From assembly GCA_963666975.2 (NCBI GenBank), contig CAXVYR010000004.1, positions 960,001-1,024,000 of the forward strand: a DNA stretch of 64,000 nt. The letters run 5' to 3'. The DNA is from Terriglobia bacterium (lineage in GTDB: Bacteria > Acidobacteriota > Terriglobia > 2-12-FULL-54-10). Under the pieces are notes generated by a model. It worked only from the letters and a program-made list of their open reading frames with translations, was not told the origin of the DNA and made no database searches. The position numbers and the translations under genes are program-made. Of the stretch, positions 18,607 to 28,442 are shown one piece after another (position 1 is the first letter of the stretch; each line of letters begins with the position of its first letter).

Positions 18607-21246
18607 TCACCCCTTCTCAATTTGCTTCTTCAATTCAGCCAGCAGATTCAGGGCGTCGAGCGGCTTCAGACTGTCGAGGTCCAATCCGGCAAGGCGCTCG
18701 ACGATAGCTTGGTTAGATGGAGTGAACAGGGTAAACTGCAACGCGCCGGGCGGCTCCTCGCCTGGGCTGAGGCGGTCACTCAGGCCGTGCTCGCTCTGCT
18801 CGTGGTAGGCTAAGACTTCGCGGGCCCGCTCAATCACATCGGCGGGCAGGGCGGCCAGACGCGCCACCTCGATTCCATAGCTGCGGTCGGCTTTGCCCGG
18901 CTCCACCCGCCGCAAAAAAATAATCTCGCTCCCGGATTCCTTCACCGAGACGTGCTGGTTTTTCACGCTGGGCAGATGGTCGGCCAGTTCCGTCAACTCG
19001 TGGTAATGGGTGGCGAAGAGAGTTTTGGCTGTGGTTCGGGAATGAAGGTACTCGACCACCGCCCAGGCGATAGCCAGCCCGTCATAGGTGGCCGTGCCCC
19101 GGCCGATCTCGTCCAAGATCACCAGACTGTTCGGCCCGACGGTATTGAGGATCACCGCCGTCTCGGTCATCTCCACCATGAAGGTGGAGCGGCCCCGCGC
19201 CAGGCTGTCGCTGGCGCCGATGCGCGTAAAGATGCGGTCAAAGACCGGCAGGCGGGCGCGCTCCGCCGGAACGAAACTCCCCATCTGGCCCAGAATGGCG
19301 ATCAGGGCCACCTGGCGCAGGTAGGTGGACTTGCCTCCCATGTTGGGGCCGGTGATGATCAGAATGCGCTCCCCGGTTGCGTTCATGTAGAGGTCATTGG
19401 GAACGAAGCGCTCGCCCTGCTGCGATTCGCCGAGCCGTTCCAGCACGGGATGGCGGCCCGCTGCGATTTCAAACTCCCCATTGGCGGAAAATTGGGGGCG
19501 GCAGTAATTGTAGTCTGCCGCCAGACCGGCAAAGTTGACCAGCACATCCACCTCGGCCACCGCCGCTGCCGTGCGCCGGATGCGGGCGGCATGCTCTCCC
19601 ACTGCGGCGCGCAGCTCCAGGAAGAGGCCCTGCTCCATTTCGAGCATACGGTCCTCGGCGTCGAGCACCTTGCGCTCGTATTCCTTCAACTCCCCTATGG
19701 TGAACCGCTCCGCATTCACCAAGGTTTGTTTTCGCTCGTAGCGTTCGGGAACCAGCGGCAGGTTGGGCCGGGACACTTCAATGTAATAGCCGAATATATC
19801 GTTGAACTTGATCTTCAGAGACCCGATTCCGGTCTCGGCCCGCTCCCGAGCCTCCATCTGCGCGATGGTCTGTTTCGCGTTGCGGCTCAGGCTGCGCAAC
19901 TCATCCAACTCGGCGTGGTGCCCCTCCCGAATCACCCCACCTTCATGGAGATTGAGAGGCGGACTTTCGACCAGCGCTTTTTCCAACTGGCCGTGCACGT
20001 CGGCCAGCTCATCCAACTGCTCCCAAAGCTCCCGCAAACGGCGCGACTCGATGCTCCCGACCAAAGAGCGGAGCGCGGGCAAAGGAGCCAGGGAATTTCG
20101 CATGGCGGCCAAGTCGCGCGGGGTGGCTGTCCCCATCGTGACTTTGCTCAGCAGCCGCTCCAGATCGTAGACCGAGGCGATCTCCTTGGCGATCTGTGCC
20201 CGTGTCATCGACTGCTGGAGCAACTGCTCGACCGCATCCAGGCGTGCCTCCATCACGGCTTGGCTGAGCGAAGGCCGCAGCATCCAGGATTTCAGCAAGC
20301 GGGCCCCCATGGCGGTTGCCGTACGGTCTATAACCGACAGCAGCGTGGCCTCCGGCTCCCCGGCGAAAAGTGGCTCCACCAACTCCAGGTTGCGGACAGT
20401 GACCGAATCGAGCACCATCCACTCCTGCCGGTCGTAAAAGCGGATACGGTCCAGGTGAGCCAGAGTGCCTTGCTGCGTCTCCTTCAAATAATGCAGCAGC
20501 GCGCCGCTGGCACAGACAGCCTGGGGCTTGCCTTCCAGCCCGAATCCATCGAGCGAATGCACGCGGAAGTGGTCCGTGAGCATCCGCAGGGCGTATTCAT
20601 AGCCAAAGACCCATTCGTCGAGGTCGGTACGGGTAAGGCGCAGGGGGCCGGACAGAGGTTCTACAAAGGCCAGCCGCCCCTCCGGCTCCGGGAACAACGG
20701 CTGGCCCGCAGGGGAGAGCAACTCGCGCGCTCCCAGATGGTTGAGCTCCTCGGCCAGCTTGGCTTCCCGGCCGGCGCCTCCCATCTCCGTGGCGCGAAAC
20801 TCTCCGGTGGAGAGATCCACGCAGGCCAACCCGATCCGTTCCCCGGACCGGCAGGCAGCGACCAGGTAGTTGTTCTCGCGCGGCGAGAGGAGGCGGCTGT
20901 CGGAAGCCGTGCCGGGCGTGATGACGCGGGTGACTTCGCGCCGCACCAGTTTTTTCGTGAACCGCGCGTCCTCCACCTGCTCGCAAACAGCCACCTTGTG
21001 GCCTTTCTGGATCAGGCGCGAGATGTAGGTGTCGGCGGCGTGGTGCGGAACCCCGCACATGGGCACGGCCACTCCCTTTTCCTTGTTGCGGGACGTCAAT
21101 GTAATCTGGAGTTCGCGGGCGGCCAGGATGGCGTCCTCGAAGAACAGTTCGTAAAAATCCCCCAGACGAAAAAACAGCAGCGCCTGAGGATATTTTTGCT
21201 TGATGGAATTGTACTGCCGCATCAGCGGCGTCGAGGCTTCAGGCAT
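18607..21246 (-). CDS. mutS: DNA mismatch repair protein MutS
   Basis: TPLMRQY, FFRLGDFYELF, MCGVP, ITGPNMGGKSTY, GRSTFMVEM, DEIGRGT, ATHYHEL, SYGIEVA. Confidence 0.97.
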   Translation of the reverse strand: MPEASTPLMRQYNSIKQKYPQALLFFRLGDFYELFFEDAILAARELQITLTSRNKEKGVAVPMCGVPHHAADTYISRLIQKGHKVAVCEQVEDARFTKKLVRREVTRVITPGTASDSRLLSPRENNYLVAACRSGERIGLACVDLSTGEFRATEMGGAGREAKLAEELNHLGARELLSPAGQPLFPEPEGRLAFVEPLSGPLRLTRTDLDEWVFGYEYALRMLTDHFRVHSLDGFGLEGKPQAVCASGALLHYLKETQQGTLAHLDRIRFYDRQEWMVLDSVTVRNLELVEPLFAGEPEATLLSVIDRTATAMGARLLKSWMLRPSLSQAVMEARLDAVEQLLQQSMTRAQIAKEIASVYDLERLLSKVTMGTATPRDLAAMRNSLAPLPALRSLVGSIESRRLRELWEQLDELADVHGQLEKALVESPPLNLHEGGVIREGHHAELDELRSLSRNAKQTIAQMEARERAETGIGSLKIKFNDIFGYYIEVSRPNLPLVPERYERKQTLVNAERFTIGELKEYERKVLDAEDRMLEMEQGLFLELRAAVGEHAARIRRTAAAVAEVDVLVNFAGLAADYNYCRPQFSANGEFEIAAGRHPVLERLGESQQGERFVPNDLYMNATGERILIITGPNMGGKSTYLRQVALIAILGQMGSFVPAERARLPVFDRIFTRIGASDSLARGRSTFMVEMTETAVILNTVGPNSLVILDEIGRGTATYDGLAIAWAVVEYLHSRTTAKTLFATHYHELTELADHLPSVKNQHVSVKESGSEIIFLRRVEPGKADRSYGIEVARLAALPADVIERAREVLAYHEQSEHGLSDRLSPGEEPPGALQFTLFTPSNQAIVERLAGLDLDSLKPLDALNLLAELKKQIEKG

Positions 21247-21413
21247 CTTGGTCCCGCCCGGCAAGGCTTCGGAGATACTCGCGACCGTGCATGAGACTCC
21301 GGCAGAGAAAATCCGCTCAAAAACAGACCGTATTATGCAACGGTTTCTCCTGAAGGCGCAAACGGCTCCGGATATCGGTTATAATGAGGGTCGAACGAGA
21401 TTCGGGTAGAGAC

Positions 21414-22223
21414 ATGAACCATTTGTGGCTGCGAGTGGCCTTGGCCTTGTACTCGCTCGGTTTACTTCACGCCGTGCTGACCGTCGTCAAACGCCGGCAG
21501 AGGCTCTTCCGGATAGCGCTGGGCGCCATCTCACTGGGCGTTGTCTTTCATTTTGTCGCCCTGGTGGAAGACGGCCTGGCGCTCCGCCATTTCCCCGTCA
21601 CCAGCCTGCAAGAAGCCGCCTCGCTGTTTGCCTTTCTCATCGCCTGCGCCTTCCTGTTGGTCTACTGGAGGTATCAGTTTCACTCCATCAGCGTCTTTAT
21701 TTTTCCGCTGGTTTTTGTGCTGACCCTCACCGCGGCGATGGACAGCAGCACGCATTACTGGGAGCTGCCGCTGCTCCGGACGGCGTGGTTGTACCTGCAC
21801 GTTTCGCTCATCATCTTGGGGCACACCGCGTTCTTTGTGACCTTCGTGGCAGGCGTGATGTACCTGATTCAGGAGCGCGAGCTGAAATCGAAAAAGCCCA
21901 GGGCGTTCTACTACCGGCTGCCGCCGCTCGACACCATTGACGACCTGGCCTACAAGTCGCTGGCCGTCGGATTCCCTTTCATCACCTTGGGAATCATCAC
22001 CGGAGCCTTCTGGGCCAATGCCGTCTGGGGGCCCTCCTGGCCCATCGATCCGAAAATATCCTGGTCCTTCGTCACCTGGCTGATTTATCTGCTGCTGTTG
22101 TTTACGCGCTGGACAGCCGGGTGGCGCGGGCGCAAGGCCGCCTACTTCGCCATCGCCGGATTTGCCGCCATGCTGATCACATGGGGCACCAATAGCGGCC
22201 TGCACTCGTTCGTGTCGCCCTGA
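21414..22223 (+). CDS. ccsA: Cytochrome c biogenesis protein CcsA/HemX family
   Basis: Multi-TM protein; WLYLHV; GAFWANAVWG..W..DPK tryptophan-rich motif; upstream of hemA. Confidence 0.85.
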   Translation: MNHLWLRVALALYSLGLLHAVLTVVKRRQRLFRIALGAISLGVVFHFVALVEDGLALRHFPVTSLQEAASLFAFLIACAFLLVYWRYQFHSISVFIFPLVFVLTLTAAMDSSTHYWELPLLRTAWLYLHVSLIILGHTAFFVTFVAGVMYLIQERELKSKKPRAFYYRLPPLDTIDDLAYKSLAVGFPFITLGIITGAFWANAVWGPSWPIDPKISWSFVTWLIYLLLLFTRWTAGWRGRKAAYFAIAGFAAMLITWGTNSGLHSFVSP

Positions 22224-22297
22224 AGCATTTTCGGGAGCTGCCACCGATGCATTGATTCATTTCACGCGGAGCGCAGTTCCGAGCACAAGAGAAAGCC

Positions 22298-23566
22298 ATG
22301 AACTTTTGCTTGGTCGGTCTGAGCCATAAAACTGCACCAGTAGAAGTGCGCGAACGGCTGGCGATAGCGGACGAGGAACTCCCCGGAACGCTGCGAAAGG
22401 TGGCTGCCCTGCCCGGCATCTGCGAGGCCTTTATCCTCTCCACCTGCAACCGTGTGGAAATCTTTACTCGCGCCGGATCAGACGATGGGAACATGGATGC
22501 TATCCTGGCGCAATTCCTGGCTCGCACCCGCCACCGGGACCTCTCCGAAATCGAGCCCTATCTTTACCAATACCGGCAACAGGACGCCATCCACCATGTT
22601 TTTCGCGTGGCTGCGAGTCTTGATTCCATGATCTTGGGCGAGCCGCAGATACTGGGGCAGGTCAAGGCCGCCTACGCTGTGGCTCATGCCACGGGAACGT
22701 TGAAAGGAGCGCTGGAGGAAGTCCTCAGCCGCTCCTTTGCGGTCGCCAAGCGGATTCGCACCGAGACAGGGATCGCATCTTCCGCCGTTTCCATCAGCTA
22801 TGCTGCCGTGGAGCTGGCCAAGAAAATCTTTGGATCGCTCGAAGACAAGCACATCCTGCTGATCGGCGCCGGAAAGATGAGCGAGCTTGCCGCCAAGCAT
22901 TTGCTGCACAGCGGAGCCTCTTCCATTTTTGTCACCAACCGAAGCCCGGAGCGCGCTCAGGAACTGGCCTCGCTGTTAAACGGCAGGGCGATTCGCTTTG
23001 AGCAGCTTTTTGAATACGCGGGCCAGTCCGACATTATCATCAGCTCCACCGGAGCCCCCCACTACATCATCAAGAAAGAAGACGGACGGCGGCTGCTGGC
23101 CGGGCGCAAGAACCGTCCCATGTTCTTCATCGACATCGCCGTGCCCCGCGACATCGACCCGGGGATTAACAAGCTGGACAACCTGTACCTGTATGACATT
23201 GACGATCTGCAGCATGTGGTGGATGCCAATCTCAAGGAACGGATGCGCGAGGCGCAGCGAGGCGAGGAGATTGCGCGGCAAGAGGTGGCAAAGTTGTTGC
23301 GGCGGCTGAAAACCCATGACGTGGTGCCGACCATTATCGACCTGCAGTCGCACATGGACGAGATCCGCCGGCAGGAGATTGCACGCCTGCGCTCTGAGTT
23401 CGGCGAGCTGACTCCCCGGCAGGAAGAAGCCATTGAGGCTCTCACCAAAGGGCTGGTCAACAAGATCGTTCACTTTCCGATCAGCCATCTGAAAAACCTG
23501 GCGCAGCAGCCTGACGGCTTGAAGGTGGTCGAGACCGTACGGAAAATTTTTAACTTGAAAGATTAA
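22298..23566 (+). CDS. hemA: Glutamyl-tRNA reductase
   Basis: GLSHKTAPVEVRE, STCNRVE, SLDSMILGEPQILGQ, IGAGKM, DIAVPRDI. Confidence 0.97.
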   Translation: MNFCLVGLSHKTAPVEVRERLAIADEELPGTLRKVAALPGICEAFILSTCNRVEIFTRAGSDDGNMDAILAQFLARTRHRDLSEIEPYLYQYRQQDAIHHVFRVAASLDSMILGEPQILGQVKAAYAVAHATGTLKGALEEVLSRSFAVAKRIRTETGIASSAVSISYAAVELAKKIFGSLEDKHILLIGAGKMSELAAKHLLHSGASSIFVTNRSPERAQELASLLNGRAIRFEQLFEYAGQSDIIISSTGAPHYIIKKEDGRRLLAGRKNRPMFFIDIAVPRDIDPGINKLDNLYLYDIDDLQHVVDANLKERMREAQRGEEIARQEVAKLLRRLKTHDVVPTIIDLQSHMDEIRRQEIARLRSEFGELTPRQEEAIEALTKGLVNKIVHFPISHLKNLAQQPDGLKVVETVRKIFNLKD

Positions 23567-23633
23567 AGATTCTTGAACCATTCTTGAACCAGGAAAGGCT
23601 GGGGCGCTCGGAAACGGCGCTTTCCCTAATCCA

Positions 23634-24626
23634 TTGCAGACCTCAAAATTCATTCTCGCTTCCCGCGCCTCTTCCCTGGCTTTGCAGCAGGCAAACTGGG
23701 TCCGGTCAGAGCTTGAGCGCCTGGTGGCCGGTTGCCGCGTGGAAATTCTGCGCGTGCGAACCACCGGCGACCGGATGCGCCAGGCTCCTTTGGCCCAGAT
23801 CGGAGGCAAGGGCCTGTTCACAAAAGAAATTGAAGAAGCGTTGCTCGATGGACGGGCGCATTTTGCCGTTCACAGCTTGAAGGACCTGCCGACCGAGCTG
23901 CCGGAAGGCCTCACCCTGGCAGCCATTCCGCTCCGGGAAGACACACGCGACGTTCTCATCAGCCGCAGCGGCCGGCCTCTGGGTGAGTTAGGCAAGGAGG
24001 CACAGGTGGGAACCGGCAGCGTGCGCCGCGCCGCGCAGTTGAAGCGCCTGCGCCCGGACCTGCGGATCGAGCCCTTGCGGGGGAATCTCGACACACGGTT
24101 GCGCAAGCTGCGGGAAGGACCGCTGGACGCCATTGTGCTGGCTGCGGCGGGACTGCGGCGCTTGGGACTGGCTGAGCAGATCACAGAGTATTTTGACGAA
24201 CAGACCCTGTGTCCGGCGGTGGGCCAGGGCGCTTTGGGAATTGAGGCGCGCGCCGGCGATGAGGATACTCTGCGGGTTCTTGCGGCGCTCGAAGACCCCT
24301 GGGCCCGCATGACCATCACCGCTGAGCGGTCTTTGTTGCAGAGGCTGGGAGGAGGCTGCCAGGTGCCGATCGCCGCCTACGCGCACCGGCAAGAGGAGAA
24401 CATCTGCCTGACGGCCATCGTCATCCGCCCCGACGGAAGCCAGTGGTGCATGGATACGGAATGCTCCCCGCTGCGGATCGCGGAGGGAGATGGCGGGCGC
24501 CTGATGGAAGCGGCGGAAGCGCTGGGAAGAAAGGTCGCGGAGAACTTGCTGGAGCAAGGCGCCGGAAAAATCCTGCAAGAAGTTTTGCGGGACGAGACCG
24601 CTTTGCCGTCGCCACAGACACCCTAA
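23634..24626 (+). CDS. hemC: Hydroxymethylbilane synthase
   Basis: SRASSLALQQ, GGKGLFTKEIE, VHSLKDLP, RGNLDTRL, PAVGQGA, GGCQVPI; TTG start. Confidence 0.96.
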   Translation: MQTSKFILASRASSLALQQANWVRSELERLVAGCRVEILRVRTTGDRMRQAPLAQIGGKGLFTKEIEEALLDGRAHFAVHSLKDLPTELPEGLTLAAIPLREDTRDVLISRSGRPLGELGKEAQVGTGSVRRAAQLKRLRPDLRIEPLRGNLDTRLRKLREGPLDAIVLAAAGLRRLGLAEQITEYFDEQTLCPAVGQGALGIEARAGDEDTLRVLAALEDPWARMTITAERSLLQRLGGGCQVPIAAYAHRQEENICLTAIVIRPDGSQWCMDTECSPLRIAEGDGGRLMEAAEALGRKVAENLLEQGAGKILQEVLRDETALPSPQTP

Positions 24627-24748
24627 GCGGAGAGCCGCCAGCCCACGCAGGGCAGCCTTTTGACAGCCTTCAAACCGGCTACGCCCTTCCCTCTTTTACC
24701 TCGACCTCGACCCCATCATTCCGTTCAATCCGTATGGCAGAACCCGGC

Positions 24749-25966
24749 ATGAGACTGGAAGATTTCAACTACCGTTTGCCGAGCGAGTTGGTGGCCCAGC
24801 AGCCGGCTCCTCGTCGGGACGATGCACGGATGCTGGTCGTCGACCGCGCCGCAGGACGTTTCGAAGACGCAGAGTTTCGCCAACTTCCCAAATTCCTCGA
24901 AGAAGGAAACCTCGTGGCCTTGAACAACTCGCGGGTACTGCCGGCGCGCCTTTATGGGCGAAGGAAGGGAATCTGCTCTCAACCCATTGGCAGGCGTACT
25001 CCCCGGCTCAGCGAGCATCTCACCGCCCCCATTGAAGTTCTTCTGGCGCGGCAATTGGACAAATGCACATGGGAGGCGCTGGTGCGGCCGGGCCGAAAGG
25101 TGCGAACCGGAGAAAAATTGATCTTTGCGGGAACCTCCGGTGCGGGAACCTCCGGTGAACGACAAGAGGAAGGGCAAAAAGGATGGAAAACCGGCCCGGT
25201 TCTCGAAGCCGAGGTTATCGGAAGAGGCGAGTACGGTCTGCGGACGCTCCGCTTCACGGATGTAATCTCGCCGGGAACCCCCCTGCCGGAGATGATCGAG
25301 AAAATAGGACACGTCCCGCTTCCTCCTTATATCCACCGCCCAGGCCAGAAAAAGGGTACGAGAAAAGACGAGCGACCAGATGAAAAACCAAATGAGAAAC
25401 CAGATGAGAAATTAGACAAGCTGCGCTACCAGACCGTATATGCCCGTCCGCCCGGCTCGGTGGCGGCTCCTACCGCCGGGCTGCACTTTACCCAGCAGAC
25501 GCTCGCCGAGTTGGAAAAGCGCGGCATCGAGAGGGTGGAGATCACCCTGCACGTCGGCTTAGGCACCTTTCAGCCCATCCATACCACAAAGATTGAAAAA
25601 CACCGCATGCACCCGGAGACTTTTAGCGTGACCCCTCAAGCGGCGAACCGTTTGAACCGGGCGTTGGAGCAAAAACGCCGCGTCGTGGCTGTGGGCACAA
25701 CGACCGTCCGCACATTGGAGCATCTAGCTGCCCTGCACAACGGGCGCATTGAACCGGGAGACGGCGAAACGCGGCTGTTCATCCTGCCGGGATATGAGTT
25801 CCGCGTGGCGGGGGGGCTGTTGACGAACTTCCACCTGCCGGGAACCACTCTATTGATGCTGGTTTCGGCCTTTGCTGGAAGAGAGCTGATTCTGGCCGCC
25901 TACGAGCACGCTGTCCGCGAGCGGTACCGCTTTTACTCCTACGGCGATTGCATGCTGATTCTGTAA
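24749..25966 (+). CDS. queA: SAM:tRNA ribosyltransferase-isomerase QueA (with loop insertions)
   Basis: DFNYRLPSELVAQQP, GHVPLPPYI, YQTVYA..GSVAAPTAGLHF, LHVGLGTF, TNFHLP, YRFYSYGDCMLI. Alternative start at 24734. Confidence 0.96.
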   Translation: MRLEDFNYRLPSELVAQQPAPRRDDARMLVVDRAAGRFEDAEFRQLPKFLEEGNLVALNNSRVLPARLYGRRKGICSQPIGRRTPRLSEHLTAPIEVLLARQLDKCTWEALVRPGRKVRTGEKLIFAGTSGAGTSGERQEEGQKGWKTGPVLEAEVIGRGEYGLRTLRFTDVISPGTPLPEMIEKIGHVPLPPYIHRPGQKKGTRKDERPDEKPNEKPDEKLDKLRYQTVYARPPGSVAAPTAGLHFTQQTLAELEKRGIERVEITLHVGLGTFQPIHTTKIEKHRMHPETFSVTPQAANRLNRALEQKRRVVAVGTTTVRTLEHLAALHNGRIEPGDGETRLFILPGYEFRVAGGLLTNFHLPGTTLLMLVSAFAGRELILAAYEHAVRERYRFYSYGDCMLIL

Positions 25967-26115
25967 TGCGGGGCTGCGGTCGGCTGGCGGAGTGACTTGT
26001 ACTATAATCGGCAGCTAATCTCTTTCTAAAGGCTGAACCTTGGCAGATACATTGGCAGATACATTTCCATATGAAGACCTGAGAGCTTTCGTGCGCGCGC
26101 TGGAACGGGCGGGCG
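25938..26115 (+). repeat. Direct repeat, copy 1 (queA 3' end, intergenic region, ubiD 5' end)
   Basis: Near-identical to 26790-26955, with an extra 12-bp tandem TTGGCAGATACA at 26040-26063. Confidence 0.95.
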
Positions 26116-26171
26116 GAGACGAGGGGAAAACCCGTTCGCCGTGGGGCTACCCGCTGTTGAAAAACTCATAG
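26040..26171 (+). pseudogene. Duplicated 5' stub of ubiD
   Basis: TTG-started MADTLADTFPYEDLRAFVRALERAG matches the UbiD N-terminus, then diverges and stops at 26169-26171. Confidence 0.8.
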
Positions 26172-26196
26172 TACGAGGGAAAAAGTCTGGTAGCCA

Positions 26197-26490
26197 TTAC
26201 GCGCGCGATTTCCAGCGAATCGAATCACGCCGCCCGTGCATACATGCGACGACAACAACGACTTCCTCGTACACGCGGTAGAAGATTGCATATGGGAACC
26301 GATGGACTAGCGCTCGCCGCGTATCTCGATGAATCAAGGGATGCCTGGTCGGATGCGTAACGATGTGGTCAAGCGCGGATTGAACGACCGCCAAAAACTC
26401 CTCTCCCAGGCCAGCACGCTGCCGCTCATACCACAGAAACGCTTCCTCGATGTCTGCGGCAGCCGCCGGACGGAGAACGGGGGGCATCAC
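26197..26490 (-). CDS. Type II toxin, RelE/ParE family
   Basis: RPAAAADIEEAFLWYERQRAGLG..F..RRALVHRFPYAIFY..VVACMHGRR; 4-bp overlap with the antitoxin. Confidence 0.9.
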   Translation of the reverse strand: MMPPVLRPAAAADIEEAFLWYERQRAGLGEEFLAVVQSALDHIVTHPTRHPLIHRDTRRALVHRFPYAIFYRVYEEVVVVVACMHGRRDSIRWKSRA

Positions 26491-26702
26491 CGGGCGCGCC
26501 CGCGAATTCGGCGGAGTACCTCTTCCCAGGGGATGCCGGCTGGCCCCTCTCGGTCCAGCTCGTCGAGCCGCCGGTCCAGTTCTTCCCGTTGCGCGTGGGT
26601 CAGCGGGACCGCCTCCGGGGTCGTGGAGAGACTTTCCCAGAGATCATCCAACAGTTGGAGCCGCTCTTCAGGGCTAAGACTGGCAATGTCTATGGCTGCC
26701 AT
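26487..26702 (-). CDS. Addiction module antitoxin (TIGR02574-like)
   Basis: LSPEERLQLLDDLWESL..ELDRRL..IPWEEV pattern, upstream of a RelE/ParE toxin. Confidence 0.9.
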   Translation of the reverse strand: MAAIDIASLSPEERLQLLDDLWESLSTTPEAVPLTHAQREELDRRLDELDREGPAGIPWEEVLRRIRGRAR

Positions 26703-26789
26703 ACCTGTTAGGATACCACTCTTTCATTCCAACTTCGTACACCACCCCAGACCCGAAGGAAGGTTTTGCAGCGCCATACCGAAAAAAAC

Positions 26790-26955
26790 CCTACGGCGAT
26801 TGCATGCTGATTCTGTAGTTCAGGCCTTCGGTCGGCTAGCGGAGTGACTTGTACTATAATCGGCAGCTAATCTCTTTCTAAAGGCTGAACTTTGGCAGAT
26901 ACATTTCCATATGAAGACCTGAGGGCTTTTGTGCGCGCGCTGGAACGGGCGGGCG
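26790..26955 (+). repeat. Direct repeat, copy 2 (166 bp)
   Basis: Begins CCTACGGCGATTGCATGCTGATTCTGTA (the queA tail), contains TATAAT at 26855-26860, and runs into intact ubiD. Confidence 0.95.
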
Positions 26956-28352
26956 AACTGAAGCGCGTCGCAGCGGAGGTAGACCCGATCCTGGAAATTT
27001 CCGAAATCGCCGACCGCGTTTCCAAAAACGGTGGCCCGGCCTTGCTGTTTGAGAACGTCAAAGGCAGCAGTATGCCGGTGCTCATCAATGCTTTCGGCTC
27101 CCCGCGCCGGATGGAGTTGGCGCTCGGTGTGGAGTCTCTTGATGAGATTTCCGGACGGATTCGGGAGTACTTGAACACGAAGCCGCCCGAGGGCTTGCTG
27201 GACAAGCTGAAGATGATCCCCCGCATGGCGGAGATCGGCGCGTTTTTCCCGAAGCAAGTCACCGACGGTCCCGCGCGCGAGGTGGTGCGGGAGGAGAATT
27301 TTTCACTCCTCGAGCTTCCCGTCTTGCAGTGCTGGCCGCAAGACGGCGGCAGAACCATCACCTTTCCGGCCGTATTTTCCCGGAACCCGGAGACGGGAAA
27401 ACGGAATTGCGGCCTCTACCGCATGCAGGTCTATGACGAGCGCACCACCGGCATGCACTGGCAGATACATAAACAGGGTGCCGAACACTTCCGGCGGGCC
27501 GGGAAAACTGCCGGCAACGGGCGCATGGAGGTGGCCGTGGCGATCGGAACCGATCCCACGGTTACTTTTTCCGCCATCGCGCCGCTGCCTCCCGATCTGG
27601 ATGAGATGCTCTTCGCCGGCTTTCTGCGCGGCAAGCCGGTGGAGATGATGCGTTGCCGGACGGTGGACATGGAGGTCCCGGCCACGGCCGAGATCGTGAT
27701 CGAAGGGTACGTGGACCTTGCCGAGCGCCGCACCGAAGGTCCTTTCGGCGACCACACGGGATTTTACTCCCTCGCGGACGAATACCCCGTCTTCCACGCC
27801 ACATGCCTCAGCCACCGCAAAGACCCCATCTATTCCACCACGCTGGTGGGCCGCCCTCCCATGGAAGACTGCCACATGGGCCGCGCCATTGAGCGAATCT
27901 TTCTCCCCCTCATGCAGCTCCAGCTTCCGGAAATCGTGGACGTTCACATGCCGTTTGAGGGAATCTTTCACAATCTGATGCTGGTCTCCATTCGCAAATC
28001 CTATCCCGGCCATGCCCGCAAGGTGATGAACGCCATCTGGTCGCTGGGCCAGGCGATGTTCACCAAGTGCGTTGTGGTGGTGGACGAGGACGTGAATGTG
28101 CAGGATGTGGGCGAGGTGGCTTGGAAGGCCCTGAATCACATTGATCCCGAGCGGGACATCCAATTTGTGCTGGGGCCCGTCGATTCTTTGGACCACGCCA
28201 GCCGGCTGGCGAACTTCGGCTCCAAGATGGGCGTGGACGCCACGCGCAAGTGGCCTTCGGAGGGCTTCCAGAGACCCTGGCCCGATGAAATCCGCATGGA
28301 CCCCAGGATCAAAGCTCTGGTAGACGCAAAGTGGAAGGACCTGGGGCTATGA
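26892..28352 (+). CDS. ubiD: UbiD-family decarboxylase (menaquinone/futalosine pathway type, MqnL-like)
   Basis: YEDLRAFV..LE..GEL, PALLFENV, RNCGLYRMQV, EGPFGDHTGFY, GRPPMED, MGVDATRKW; TTG start. Confidence 0.92.
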   Translation: MADTFPYEDLRAFVRALERAGELKRVAAEVDPILEISEIADRVSKNGGPALLFENVKGSSMPVLINAFGSPRRMELALGVESLDEISGRIREYLNTKPPEGLLDKLKMIPRMAEIGAFFPKQVTDGPAREVVREENFSLLELPVLQCWPQDGGRTITFPAVFSRNPETGKRNCGLYRMQVYDERTTGMHWQIHKQGAEHFRRAGKTAGNGRMEVAVAIGTDPTVTFSAIAPLPPDLDEMLFAGFLRGKPVEMMRCRTVDMEVPATAEIVIEGYVDLAERRTEGPFGDHTGFYSLADEYPVFHATCLSHRKDPIYSTTLVGRPPMEDCHMGRAIERIFLPLMQLQLPEIVDVHMPFEGIFHNLMLVSIRKSYPGHARKVMNAIWSLGQAMFTKCVVVVDEDVNVQDVGEVAWKALNHIDPERDIQFVLGPVDSLDHASRLANFGSKMGVDATRKWPSEGFQRPWPDEIRMDPRIKALVDAKWKDLGL

Positions 28353-28442
28353 CCGGGGGCGGTAAGAGAAAAAGCGCTCCCGCCCGGTAACTCTCGGCGG
28401 GGTTGCAGGTAAGTTATTACATTCCGGACAGTGTTGCGGCGG

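Noticed and set aside
18952-21294. 780-aa ORF antisense to mutS, and similar long antisense ORFs over clpB, ilvD, der, GWxTD and the kinase
   Set aside because: Shadow frames typical of high-GC3 coding DNA; they have no motifs and fully overlap confident genes.
26151-26775. TIR pair making the TA cassette a MITE-borne unit
   Set aside because: Left GCTGTTGAAAAA is IS-like, but the right candidate (TTTTGCAGCGCC) matches poorly and no short target-site duplication is evident.
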